From Thermogemmatispora sp. (lineage in GTDB: Bacteria; Chloroflexota; Ktedonobacteria; Ktedonobacterales; Ktedonobacteraceae): a stretch of DNA of 64,000 nt. A program made the position numbers and the translations under genes. Within the stretch, counting starts at the first letter, position 1; each line of letters starts with the position of its first letter. Shown here piece by piece: positions 30,089 through 41,100 of this stretch. The notes under the pieces were generated by a model. The model was not told the origin of the DNA, searched no databases, and was given only the letters and a program-made list of their open reading frames with translations. The DNA lies in NCBI RefSeq assembly GCF_019683755.1, contig NZ_JADGHT010000001.1, positions 18,246-82,245 on the forward strand, given 5' to 3'.

Positions 30089-31669
30089 TTATTTATAAAC
30101 TATATGAAAGATCAAACGTTCATCGCCGAACTGGATCACGTCGCCATCGCGCAGGATTGTCTGCTGAATGCGCTCGCCATTCACTAAGGTGCCATTGGCG
30201 CTTTGCAGATCCTCCAAATACCAATGACCATTATCGAACCATAGCCGGGCGTGGCGCCGCGAGACCGTGCGACCGGTGATAATAAAATCATTGCCATTGG
30301 TGCGCCCGATCGTCGTCACATCCTGATGGAAGCGGAAAGAGCGACCAGCGAGCGGCCCACTCTGCAGCGTCAAGCTGGCCAGCACGACGCGTCCCTGAGC
30401 ATCCACATAGCGATCTTTCGCCGCCTTGCGATCAGCCAGCTCATAACCGCACGTAGTACAGAACAGACGAGTACTGGGATTAGGAGTGCCACAGCGAAAA
30501 CAGGTCAGCGTCACCGTGGGGAAGGGCGTAGCCGAAGTAGGCGAGGCCGGACCCGCACCTGCATGAGCAGGCAGCGTCGGAGCGAAGCCCTGACCCACAC
30601 TGGACCCCCCGAAAGGGCCTGACGCAGCGGACCCCCCAGGGGCTGTAGCGGGCTGCTGCCCGCCACCAGAGGCAGCAGGCCAGGTGCTCGCTTGAGGAGA
30701 CAGCGTCGTAGAGGGGCCTAGTCCGACGGAACCACCTCCCTCGAAGGTCGAAAGGCCAGCCGACAAACGCCAGGGATGTGGCATCGGCAAATGCGCCGCC
30801 TGCAGCGCCGCAGCCAGCGCCACCACCACCTCCTCAATCGACTGGTAGCGATCAGCAGGAGCCTTGGCAGTCATCTTCACCACCACTTGCTCAACGGCAG
30901 CCGGCACCCCAGCCTGACGCAGCAAGTCAACCGGCAGCGGCTCCTGCAAATGCTTCAGCGTCACACTGACCGGGTTCTCCGCCGTAAAGGGCACCCGTCC
31001 CGTCAAACATTCGAAAAAGACAATGCCCAGAGAGTAAATGTCGCTCCGTTGATCAACGGCCTGGCCCGTGCTCTGCTCTGGAGACATATACTGCGGCGTC
31101 CCGATGCCAACCCCAGCACGCGTCAGCTGTGTCGTCCCCTCCAGAATCTTGGCGATCCCAAAATCGGAGAGCAGGAGATGACCATCGCGGCGCAAAAGCA
31201 TATTGCTCGGCTTCACATCGCGATGGACAATATGATGGCTATGGGCACAGCGTAACCCCTCCGCCGCCTGCAGCAAAAAGTCAACAGCCTCCAGCAGCGA
31301 CAGCGAGCGGCTCTTCAGGCGGTCCCGCAACGTTCCGCCATCGACATACTCCATCACGATGTAGGTGATCTTATCCTGCTCGCCAAAATCATGGATCTGC
31401 ACGATATGGGGATTTGCCAGCTTAGCGATCGAGCGAGCCTCCTGCTCAAAACGTTTGACAAACACAGGATCATGGGCATAGCGTGCCGGCAGCACCTTGA
31501 TCGCCACATAGCGATCAAGCGCCGGTTGATAGGCCTTAAAGACGGCCGCCATCCCGCCTGCGCCAAGCGGCTCTACGATACGGAATTGTCCCAAGGATCG
31601 CCCAACGAGGGCCTGGAGATCATCAGCATGCCCCTTCTGCCGGGCATAGGGATTCTCTGGTGGTTGCAT
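30089..31669 (-). CDS. Soluble Ser/Thr kinase with double-CxxC ribbon and C-terminal FHA domain
   Basis: GAGGMA, AIK, HRDVKPSN, DFG, GTPQYMSPE; CFRC..CTTC; FHA TIGR..VSRRHA..SANGTLVNG. Confidence 0.93.
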   Translation of the reverse strand: MQPPENPYARQKGHADDLQALVGRSLGQFRIVEPLGAGGMAAVFKAYQPALDRYVAIKVLPARYAHDPVFVKRFEQEARSIAKLANPHIVQIHDFGEQDKITYIVMEYVDGGTLRDRLKSRSLSLLEAVDFLLQAAEGLRCAHSHHIVHRDVKPSNMLLRRDGHLLLSDFGIAKILEGTTQLTRAGVGIGTPQYMSPEQSTGQAVDQRSDIYSLGIVFFECLTGRVPFTAENPVSVTLKHLQEPLPVDLLRQAGVPAAVEQVVVKMTAKAPADRYQSIEEVVVALAAALQAAHLPMPHPWRLSAGLSTFEGGGSVGLGPSTTLSPQASTWPAASGGGQQPATAPGGSAASGPFGGSSVGQGFAPTLPAHAGAGPASPTSATPFPTVTLTCFRCGTPNPSTRLFCTTCGYELADRKAAKDRYVDAQGRVVLASLTLQSGPLAGRSFRFHQDVTTIGRTNGNDFIITGRTVSRRHARLWFDNGHWYLEDLQSANGTLVNGERIQQTILRDGDVIQFGDERLIFHIVYK

Positions 31670-31971
31670 AGCCGGCTCATTTCCTCGATTCCTGCCATCA
31701 GTTGAACGACTCCAGAGCGTCCCTCTCCCCCTCCCCTCAGCCAGGCTTGTCCGCTTCCAGTGCGCTGACCCGCCGTGCTGCCTTTGGGCATGCCAGCGCG
31801 TCCCCCTGCTCCCCGCTGGCAAGAAGGGTCCGCCGGGAGCGGACAGCACAGCTTTGATTATCGCCTAACAGACGGCCCCTGTCAATTGAAGCAAACACCT
31901 TGTCGGCGAGGCTGCTCCCTCCCGGCCCCTCCGCCAGCGTTCAGGTCTGGCGCCTACCACCCGCTCACTGC

Positions 31972-33393
31972 TCAGCCCTCCAGGAGCAGCCGCTCAGGGT
32001 CCTCCAGAAGCTCCTTGACACGGACCAGGAACTGCACGGCCTCCCGGCCATCGACAACACGATGGTCGTAAGACAGCGCCACGTACATCATCGGGCGCAC
32101 GACTACCTGCCCATCAACCACGACTGGACGCTCCTGGACCTTATGCATCCCCAGAATACCTACCTGGGGGCCGTTGAGAATCGGCGTCGAGAGCAGCGAG
32201 CCGAAAACGCCACCATTGGTGATGGTGAACGTGCCTCCCTGTAGATCGGCTAGCGTGAGTTGGTTGCTACGCGCCCGCTGGGCCAGCTCCGCGATCTCCT
32301 TTTCGATCTCAACAAAGCTCTTGCGATCGGCATCGCGCACAACAGGCACGACCAGGCCCTCATCGGTGCTAACAGCAATGCCGATATCGTAATAATGCTT
32401 GACCACCAGCTCGCGCCCCTGCAGCTCCGCATTCAGATAGGGGAAAGCCTTAAGCGCACCCACGACAGCCTTAGTGAAGAAGGACATGAAGCCCAACGAG
32501 ATGCCATAGCGCTGCTTGAACTCCTCACGGTGGCGTGCCCGCACCGCCAAAATGGCGCCCATGTCAACCTCATTGAAGGTGGTCAGCATGGCTGCCGTGT
32601 GCTGCGCTTCCACCAGACGCTGAGCAATCGTCAGGCGCCGACGCGAGAGCCGAATACGCTCCTCCCGTCGGAACTCAGACGTCAACAGTGGCGGAGGCTC
32701 AAGCGCCGACTCCCTCTGAGCGGCACGCTCTTCAACTCCCACTGTCCCAGCACCTACGCGGGCCGTTACCCCATCAGCCGCCCCTACGCGGGCCTCCGCA
32801 CTGGCTGATGGAACTGCTGTTCGCTCCGCCTGCCTCTGCTCCTGTGCCTGATCCCGGCCTTGCTGGCGAGCTTGCTGCTGCTCAAGATACTGCAGAACAT
32901 CGTCTTTGGTCACGCGACCATGTGGGCTGCTGCTCTTGACTTGCGAGAGATCCACGTTGTACTCAGCGGCAATACGACGGGCCAGCGGCGAAGGGGGACG
33001 CTGGCCATCAGCCAGCCGTGAACCTGCCGGGGCGCCCTCGACCTGCCCTCCTCCCTCAACTTGTACCGTCGGGGACTGGGCTGCACCTGAGGTCGGTGAG
33101 GCCACCCCCTCGCCCGCCCCAGATGCTGGAGCCACACGCTCTTGCGCCCCCACAGCCGCGGCGTCTAGCCGGGCTAGCACTTCGCCAACAGCGACATCAT
33201 CACCCTCGCGCTTGACGATCTCGGCCAATACCCCGTCGTGATCCGCTGTTACCTCAACACTGACCTTGTCAGTTTCCAGCTCCGCCAGCACCTCGCCCTG
33301 ACGGACCTGTTCCCCCTCTCGCTTGAGCCAACGCGCTACCGTGGCCTCAACCACCGATTCGCCCAGGTTGGGAACACGAACATCTATCCTCAT
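31972..33393 (-). CDS. sucB: 2-oxoglutarate dehydrogenase E2 (dihydrolipoamide succinyltransferase)
   Basis: Lipoyl [39 protein letters not shown]. Confidence 0.96.
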   Translation of the reverse strand: MRIDVRVPNLGESVVEATVARWLKREGEQVRQGEVLAELETDKVSVEVTADHDGVLAEIVKREGDDVAVGEVLARLDAAAVGAQERVAPASGAGEGVASPTSGAAQSPTVQVEGGGQVEGAPAGSRLADGQRPPSPLARRIAAEYNVDLSQVKSSSPHGRVTKDDVLQYLEQQQARQQGRDQAQEQRQAERTAVPSASAEARVGAADGVTARVGAGTVGVEERAAQRESALEPPPLLTSEFRREERIRLSRRRLTIAQRLVEAQHTAAMLTTFNEVDMGAILAVRARHREEFKQRYGISLGFMSFFTKAVVGALKAFPYLNAELQGRELVVKHYYDIGIAVSTDEGLVVPVVRDADRKSFVEIEKEIAELAQRARSNQLTLADLQGGTFTITNGGVFGSLLSTPILNGPQVGILGMHKVQERPVVVDGQVVVRPMMYVALSYDHRVVDGREAVQFLVRVKELLEDPERLLLEG

Positions 33394-33643
33394 TTCCTTG
33401 CTCTGCCTTTCCTGCTGCAGTGCTGACTTTCGCTTGGGCTGAGGGCCATGGTCTCCCATCAAAGGCACCACTCAGCTAACCGCGAACCAGCGCACCGCTG
33501 TCGTAGGTTCTGGAGTGCACTGGCTTCTGGTATTATAGCATTGTGCATCCGGGCCGGGTCGGCTTGAGCCTGTCGACATCTGGCCTGATCACCACTGTGT
33601 GCAGGCTCGCTTGTCTGACTCAGGCCGACCCTGGCCCCCGCTC

Positions 33644-36502
33644 CTAGCGTCGGCGCTTGCCCGCTGGCGTCTCGCCGAAGCGCTTTTCTACCACCAGACC
33701 GGCCTCACCAAGCAAAGCCCCCTCAATCAAAGTCCGTTGCTCGGCCTCGTAGCGGTCCATAAAGCCGGTGGCTGGGCTGGCGCTCTCAGGACGGGCCAAC
33801 ACGCGCAGCGTCACCTGGGACACCGGAAGAGAAGCCAGCAGCGTATGCAAACGTGGCCCCATATAGCTCCAGGCTCCCATATTCAGCGGCTCCTCCTGCA
33901 CCCAAACCACTTCCTGCACAGCCGGATAGCCGCTCAACACTTGCCGTAGCTCCTCCTCAGGGAAAGGATACAACTGCTCCAGGCGTACCACGGCCACCTC
34001 ACCGGCTTGCATCCGCTGCTCACTGGCCAGCAGATCAATGGCGATCTTCCCACTGCACAACAAGACACGGCGGATGGCATCTGCTCGCTGCTGCGCCTCA
34101 GCATCATCAAGCACCGGCTGGAAGCAGCCACGTGTCAGCTCCTCCAGCGTTGCTGCCGCCAGTGGATGGCGCAACAGACTCTTGGGGGTCAACACGACTA
34201 GGGGGAGCGGATGATGCTGGAGGCTGTGCGCCTGCTGGCGCAACAGGTGATAGTACTGCGCTGCTGTTGAACAGTTGGTCACACGCCAGTTGTAGTTCGC
34301 GGATAGCTGCAAGAAGCGCTCCAGGCGCGCGCTCGAATGGTCAGGCCCCTGGCCCTCATAGCCGTGCGGCAGGAGCAGCACCACCGATGACTGCTGACGC
34401 CACTTCGCTCGCCCCGAGGCAATGAACTGATCGATAATGACCTGGGCGACATTGGCGAAATCGCCGTACTGGGCCTCCCACAGCACGAGCGCCTCCGGCG
34501 CCTGCACACTATAGCCATATTCGAAACCCAGGACCGCTGTCTCCGTCAGCGGACTATTATAGATGGCAAAGCTGGCACGCGCCTGAGAGAGATGCTGCAA
34601 AGGAACATAGCGCTCGCCCGTGCGACTATCGTGCAGCACCGCATGGCGCTGGCTAAAGGTACCTCGCTCCGAATCCTGACCGCTGAGGCGAATCGGAATC
34701 CCATCGGCCAGAATCGAGGCAAAGGCCAGGGCTTCGGCGTGGCCCCAATCAATGCTCCCATGCTCCAGCGCATCAGCACGACGCTGCAGCACACGGGCCA
34801 GGCGCTGATGCACAGTGAAACCCTGGGGCCAGCGCAATAGCTCGCGATTAAACTGGCGCAGTTGCTCTGCTGATACCGGTGGGGCAGGCTCTAACTCCAC
34901 CGCCAGCCCGTTCTGCCCATTTCCCCCCAATTGTTCGAAGCGTCGTGGATCTTCATCAACCTCCTGCTTTGCCCGTCGCAAGGTCGCAAAGGCCTCCTCC
35001 ACCATCTGCTCACATTCCTGGGCCGTTACCACTCCCTGCTCTTGCAGGCGCCGTGCATACAGCTCGCGAACCGTTGGATGCGCGCGGATCAGCTCATAGA
35101 GCTGTGGCTGCGTGAAGGCTGGCTCATCCCCCTCATTATGTCCCCAACGTCGGTAGCCGACCAGCTCAATCAGAATATCCTTGTGAAACTCATCGCGGTA
35201 GGCATGGGCCAGGCGGATGGCCGTCAGCGCCGCCTCGGGGTCATCGGCATTCACATGGATAATCGGGATGCTAAAACCTTTGGCCAGGTCGCTGGCGAAG
35301 AGCGTCGAGCGGCTTTCCTGCGGCTCGGTTGTGAACCCGAGCTGATTATTGAGGATAATATGGATCGTGCCCCCGACCGAGTAGCCCTGCAGATGCCAGA
35401 GATTCAGCGTCTCGGCGACCACGCCCTCGCCTGGGAAAGCGGCATCGCCGTGGATCAAGACCGGCAACGTCCCATCTAGCTCCTGACGCGGAGCTCCAGG
35501 CCGATCGCGGCGCTCCTGGGCTGCGCGTGTCATGCCCTCGACCACTGGATTAACGAACTCCAAATGACTGGGGTTGGGAGCTAGGATGACCTTGAGGGCC
35601 ACCGAGCGCTCTCCGCCGAGCAGGTGCTCCGCGCCAAGGTGATACTTGACATCGCCGCTCCAACCAAAGCCAAAGGTATCGGTGAGCGGCACTCCCTCCT
35701 CATGGCGCGTATGGGCGAACTCCGCCAGAATAGCCTGATAGGACTTGCCCAGGACATGCGCCAGCACATTGAGACGTCCGCGGTGGGCCATGCCGATGAT
35801 CACCTCGCGCGTCTCTGACTCCAGCGCGCAGCGGATCAGCTCATCGAGCATCGGCACCAGGACATCGCAGCCCTCAATCGAAAAGCGTTTCTGGCCTGGA
35901 TAGGTCTGGTGCAGGAAACGCTCAAAGACCTCAACCTGGGTCAGGCGCTGGAGCAACTGGCGACTGGCCTGGGGGCTAAGGCGACGCTGGAACAACTGCA
36001 GACCGACGGCGTCGCGTAGCCAAAGGCGCTCATGGGGACTCTTGACCTGATCGAACTCATAGCTGATCGTCCCTGAGTACATGGCGCGCAGACGCTGGAT
36101 CGCTTCCAGCGCGTTGCGGGCTCCCTCCGCGGCATGCCCACCAACCACACTGGCCGGCAAGTGCGCCAGATCCTCTTCGCTGAGCCCGTGGCTCTCTGGC
36201 AAGAGGGCGGGATCTCCCTGGGGAGGCCGCCCAAGAGGATCAAGCTGCGCTGCCAGGTGCCCACGCTCGCGAATGGCATGCGCTAGAGCCACTGCGGCCA
36301 CGACTTTCTCTACAGCCAACGGCGCCCCCTCGGCCCTTGCCGGAGCCAGGCCCTCTACCTCCTCTTCAACTACCACCGGCTTCCAGCGGGCAAAGATTGC
36401 GCGCGTGTTCTCATCTACTGACGAGGGATCAGTGCGATACCGTTCATACAGATCTAGCACATAGCCTGCATTTGGTCCATAAAATGTCTGTAAATTATCC
36501 AT
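33644..36502 (-). CDS. sucA: 2-oxoglutarate dehydrogenase E1
   Basis: KRFSIEG, GMAHRGRLN, GDVKYHLG, NPSHLE, HGDAAF, GHNEGD, WEAQYGDF. Confidence 0.97.
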   Translation of the reverse strand: MDNLQTFYGPNAGYVLDLYERYRTDPSSVDENTRAIFARWKPVVVEEEVEGLAPARAEGAPLAVEKVVAAVALAHAIRERGHLAAQLDPLGRPPQGDPALLPESHGLSEEDLAHLPASVVGGHAAEGARNALEAIQRLRAMYSGTISYEFDQVKSPHERLWLRDAVGLQLFQRRLSPQASRQLLQRLTQVEVFERFLHQTYPGQKRFSIEGCDVLVPMLDELIRCALESETREVIIGMAHRGRLNVLAHVLGKSYQAILAEFAHTRHEEGVPLTDTFGFGWSGDVKYHLGAEHLLGGERSVALKVILAPNPSHLEFVNPVVEGMTRAAQERRDRPGAPRQELDGTLPVLIHGDAAFPGEGVVAETLNLWHLQGYSVGGTIHIILNNQLGFTTEPQESRSTLFASDLAKGFSIPIIHVNADDPEAALTAIRLAHAYRDEFHKDILIELVGYRRWGHNEGDEPAFTQPQLYELIRAHPTVRELYARRLQEQGVVTAQECEQMVEEAFATLRRAKQEVDEDPRRFEQLGGNGQNGLAVELEPAPPVSAEQLRQFNRELLRWPQGFTVHQRLARVLQRRADALEHGSIDWGHAEALAFASILADGIPIRLSGQDSERGTFSQRHAVLHDSRTGERYVPLQHLSQARASFAIYNSPLTETAVLGFEYGYSVQAPEALVLWEAQYGDFANVAQVIIDQFIASGRAKWRQQSSVVLLLPHGYEGQGPDHSSARLERFLQLSANYNWRVTNCSTAAQYYHLLRQQAHSLQHHPLPLVVLTPKSLLRHPLAAATLEELTRGCFQPVLDDAEAQQRADAIRRVLLCSGKIAIDLLASEQRMQAGEVAVVRLEQLYPFPEEELRQVLSGYPAVQEVVWVQEEPLNMGAWSYMGPRLHTLLASLPVSQVTLRVLARPESASPATGFMDRYEAEQRTLIEGALLGEAGLVVEKRFGETPAGKRRR

Positions 36503-36520
36503 TGGTTTCCTTTATGCGGC

Positions 36521-36549
36521 TTGACACAGAGTGATGAATATGGCATACT
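36521..36549 (+). promoter_or_regulatory. Promoter TTGACA-N17-CATACT (extended TG) for the T-box-alaX-ileS transcript
   Basis: Consensus -35, correct spacing, about 55 nt before T-box stem I. Confidence 0.65.
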
Positions 36550-36599
36550 CAACGCGGTAGCCTTTATCCACCGAAGCGGACACAAGCACACAGTCCAAA

Positions 36600-37217
36600 C
36601 AGATGCGAAGAGGGAGCCAGTAGGCCGCTTCCCTGGCGACAGAGAGTCCGGGTCAGGTGAGAGCCGGATGCTAAGGAGCAGGCCGAAGATCACTCCTGAG
36701 CAGCTAGCAGAACGCGTAAGCGAGTAGAGCTAGCCGGCGCCTCTCCGTTACCAGAGAGGGCCGCCTGTCTCAACCTCTCGATGGCTCCGCCCTGGGGCCG
36801 GTGCGACTACCGGCGCCAGCAGTCGCGGGACACGCACCTGGGCGCCTGGGCGCTCGCAGGAACGTGCAAGAAAAGCTCAAGCGTGCCACGCTGGCCCGAT
36901 CATGCTGAGGGCGGGGGACCGACAAATAGTATATCACATCGAGAGAGACGGCGGCATGGAGCGAGTTGCGACGGGTGCCGGATAGGCCAGGTCAGACTGA
37001 CAAGCAACGGCGCCGCTTGAGAGCGCGAGGACGAGGGATGATTGGGCGGGGCCTCTCAGGGGATCACTGAGGTCGCCAGGCCAAGCAGGCAAGACAGCGT
37101 GAGAGCTGGCGGGGCTGTTCCTTTCAGGGACGGACCCGGCACAGGTGCCTAGTCGTGACTAATGCGGGTGGTACCGCGGGAAGTCCTCTCGTCCTGCACG
37201 GATGAGAGGTTTTTTTA
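36600..37217 (+). ncRNA. T-box riboswitch, Ile (AUC) specifier
   Basis: Stem I with AGTA/GAA, AG box CAGAGAG, GGTGAGA loop, specifier GAAG-ATC-A (36689-36691); stem II, CCGTTA stem IIA/B; antiterminator GGGTGGTACCGCG (37166-37178); terminator hairpin plus T-run 37185-37217. Confidence 0.9.
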
Positions 37218-37239
37218 TATGGCGATCGGAGCTTGCAGG

Positions 37240-37995
37240 ATGAAGACGAAGCTGATCTACCTGGAGAATAGCTATACCTTTGAATGCAGCGCCAAAGTCG
37301 TTGCCACAGAGGGCGATGAGCTGGCCCTCGATGCCACCGTCTTCTATCCCGGCGGCGGAGGCCAGATGGCCGATCGCGGCACACTCTCCTGGGATCATGG
37401 GCGCCAGCAGGCCAGGGTCATCGCTCTGCGTAAACAGGACGAGGTTGTCTGGCACCTGCTCGACTGCCCTCCCCCACCCGTGGGCACCGACCTGACGGCT
37501 TGCATCGACTGGGAGTTCCGCTACAGGATGATGCGCACCCATACAGCTCTGCATCTGCTCTGCGGCGTGATCTGGCAGGAGTTCCGCGTCCCGGTAACCG
37601 GTGGCCAGATGTACCCAGATCGGGCACGGATGGACTTTGCAATGGAGGGCCTAACCAAAGAGCGTCTGGCCTTCATTGAGCAGCGCGTCAATGAGGCCAT
37701 CGAGGCCGATCTGCCTATCCGAGTTTATACCCTCCCCCGGGAAAAGGCCTTCGCCATCCCTGACCTCATTCGCACTCGTACCAATCTCTTGCCTCCCGAC
37801 CTGGAGGAGGTGCGCATTGTCGAGATCGTCGGCCTTGATCTGCAGGCCGATGGGGGCACCCATGTCCGCCATACTAAGGAGGTCGGCGGCATTCGCATTG
37901 TGCGCGCCGAAAACAAAGGGCGGCTCAATAAGCGCCTCGAAATCCAATTGGTCGATGAGCCACCAGGCTCTGCCTCCGGGGCGACTCAACCGTAG
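37240..37995 (+). CDS. alaX: AlaX-type free-standing tRNA editing protein
   Basis: TVFYPGGGGQ, HTALHLL, ARMDF, QADGGTHV. Confidence 0.88.
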   Translation: MKTKLIYLENSYTFECSAKVVATEGDELALDATVFYPGGGGQMADRGTLSWDHGRQQARVIALRKQDEVVWHLLDCPPPPVGTDLTACIDWEFRYRMMRTHTALHLLCGVIWQEFRVPVTGGQMYPDRARMDFAMEGLTKERLAFIEQRVNEAIEADLPIRVYTLPREKAFAIPDLIRTRTNLLPPDLEEVRIVEIVGLDLQADGGTHVRHTKEVGGIRIVRAENKGRLNKRLEIQLVDEPPGSASGATQP

Positions 37996-38108
37996 CAGAA
38001 CAGACCCGCAAGAAGCTCGACTTAGCTCGGCCAACCCATCGTCTTTGCTAGCACCTAGTACCAGGCAAGGCTACAACACATTTGTCAGTGAGCGAGGAGG
38101 AAGCTGAC

Positions 38109-41100
38109 GTGTCTGGAGAAGCAAGTGTCTTTCGGCCCGTGATCGCAGCTGATCGCGTCGACTATCCGGCCCTGGAGCACGAGATTCAGCGGTGGTGGGA
38201 TGAACATGGCGTGCTCCAGCGCTACTTGCACCGCAACGACCAGAGTGACAAGCAATATTCTTTCCTGGATGGCCCCATGACGGCGAACAATCCGATGGGA
38301 GTCCATCACGCCTGGGGTCGCACCTACAAGGACCTCTTCCAGCGCTTCAAGACGATGCAGGGGTACCGGCAGCGCTACCAGAACGGCTTTGACTGCCAGG
38401 GCCTGTGGGTTGAGGTCAATGTCGAACAGGAGCTAGGACTCAAGAATAAGCGGGAGATTGAGCAGTTCGGCATTGCACGCTTTGTTGAGCTGTGTAAAGA
38501 GCGCGTCTTCCGCTTTGCCCGCCGCATTACTGAGCAGTCGATTCGGCTCGGCTACTGGATGGACTGGGGCAACGACTACTACACGCTCTCTGATGAGAAT
38601 AACTATACGATCTGGCATTTTCTGAAGCGCTGCTACGAGCGCGGTCTTATCTACAAGGGGCACGATGTCATGACCTGGTGTCCCCGCTGTGGGACTGGTA
38701 TCTCTAACATGGAGACCCTGTCGGAGGACTGGCATGAAATCAGCCACCTGAGTCTCTATGTCCTCTTCCCATTGGTCGAACGCCCTGGCGAGGCCCTGCT
38801 CGTCTGGACGACAACCCCCTGGACCCTGGCCGCGAATGTGGCCGCCGCGGTTCACCCCGAGCTGACTTACGTCAAGGTGGAACAGGATGGCCAGATCTTC
38901 TATCTGGCTGAGGAGCGCCTGAGCCTGCTACGGGAGCTGCGCGGGCGCGATAAGGGTGAGTATCGTGTCCTGGAGCGTCTGAAGGGTGAGCAGCTGCTGG
39001 GCTGGAGCTACCGCGGCCCCTTCGATGAGCTGCCCGCTGCTCAGGGGGTCAGCCATCGTGTCATCCCCTGGAAGGAAGTCAGCTCGACCGAAGGCACCGG
39101 CATTGTCCACATTGCCCCGGGCTGCGGTCGCGAGGACTTCGCGCTGTCGAAAGAATTCGATCTGGCGGTGTTAGCCCCCGTCGACGAGTTTGGCGTTTAC
39201 GTCGATGGCTACGACTGGCTGACCGGCCAGGCGGTCTCTCAGGTGGCTCGCCCTATCGCCGAGAACTTGGCGCAGAAGGGCCTCCTCTATCGCTCGCAGC
39301 AGTACCGCCACCGCTATCCTGTCTGCTGGCGCTGCAAGACCGAGCTGATCTTCCGCTTGGTCGATGAGTGGTATATCTCGATGGAGAAGCTGCGCTACGA
39401 GATCATGGAGGTCGCCCGCCAGGTGACCTGGATTCCTGCCTTTGGCCTGGAGCGTGAGCTGGACTGGCTGCGCAACATGGACGACTGGATGATCTCCAAG
39501 AAGCGCTATTGGGGCCTGGCTTTGCCTATCTATGAGTGTCAACAGTGCGGGACTTTCGAGGTCATCGGCAGCAAGGAGGAACTGCGCGAGCGCGCTGTTG
39601 AGGGCTGGGAGGAATTCGAAGGCCATTCCCCTCATCGCCCTTGGGTTGACGCTGTCAAGATCCGTTGTCGTCAGTGTGGCTCTCTGGTCTCACGCATTAA
39701 GGATGTGGGCAATCCCTGGCTGGATGCCGGCATCGTTCCCTTCTCAACCCTGGAGTATCGCCATAACCGCGACTACTGGCGCCAGTGGTTCCCCGCGGAC
39801 TTCGTGACGGAGTCGTTCCCGGGCCAGTTCAAGAACTGGTTCTATGCGTTGCTGGTCATGAGCACGGTCCTGGAGGGGACAACGCCTTTTAAAACGTTGC
39901 TTGGCTACGCGACGGTCCTCGATGAAGATGGCGAGATCATGCATAAGTCGAAGGGCAACGCCATCGACTTCGATGACGCCGCCGAGCGCGTGGGCGCCGA
40001 TACGATGCGCTGGCTCTATACCAGTCAGGACCCAGAGCAGAATCTGCGCTTCCCGCGCATCCCCACACAGGAGGATGTCGAGCGAGCGGCACGCGAAGGG
40101 GTCCCGGTACGCCTGAGCGAGAAATGGATGCTGGTCCGCCGGGCCCTTGATAAGGTGTGGAATATCTACTGGTTCTTTGTGACCTACGCCAATATCGACC
40201 GCTTCAATCCAAGGCGCTATCAGCTCCCGGTGGAGCAGCGCAGCGATCTGGATCGCTGGATTCTCTCAGAGCTGCAGCAGACGATCCTGGAGGTAACTGC
40301 CTGCCTCGAACGCTACGATAGCGCCCACGCTACGGCGGCCCTGCAAGAGTTCATCGAGAACCTCTCGAACTGGTATCTGCGCCGCAGCCGTGAGCGTATC
40401 TGGAAATCGGAGCTGGATGATGATAAGTTGGGCGCTTATCTGACGCTGTACGAGTGCTTGACCACCCTGGTGACGCTGTTGGCCCCCTTTGTGCCCTTCT
40501 TCTCCGAAAGCCTCTATCAGAATCTGGTCCGCAGTGTTAATCAAGAGGCACCGCTCAGCGTGCATCTCTGTGATTGGCCCCAGGCCCACCAGGAGCTGAT
40601 CGATGAGGCCCTGACTCGTGATACGCATCTGGTCATGCGCGTTGTCGGCCTGGGTCGCGCCGCTCGCGAGAAGGCTCAGATTCGCGTCCGCCAGCCGCTC
40701 AATGCCCTCTATGTGCGCTTACCCTCGCAGGCCGAGCAGGAGGCCCTGCTGCGCCTGAAAGAGCAGGTTCTAGAGGAGCTGAATATTAAGCGCTTGGAGC
40801 TGCTCAGCGACGATAGCGAGATGCTGGCCTATACGCTGCGTGCTCAGGCACGCGTCCTGGGTCCCAAGTACGGACCTCTGGTGCAAAAGATCTTGGCTAC
40901 GCTCAAGAACCTGGATGCCCAGGCGGCCAGCGAGGCCGCTCGCCAGTTGCGCGAACGGGGCGCTTTGACTCTTTCGGTCGAGGGCCGCGAGGTGACCTTG
41001 ACCCCCGAGGAGGTCGAGGTGATCGCGACGGCTCGCCCCGGCTATGTAACCGCTGAAGAGCGCGGCGCAGTGGTCGTCTTGGAAACAACGATTACCCCTG

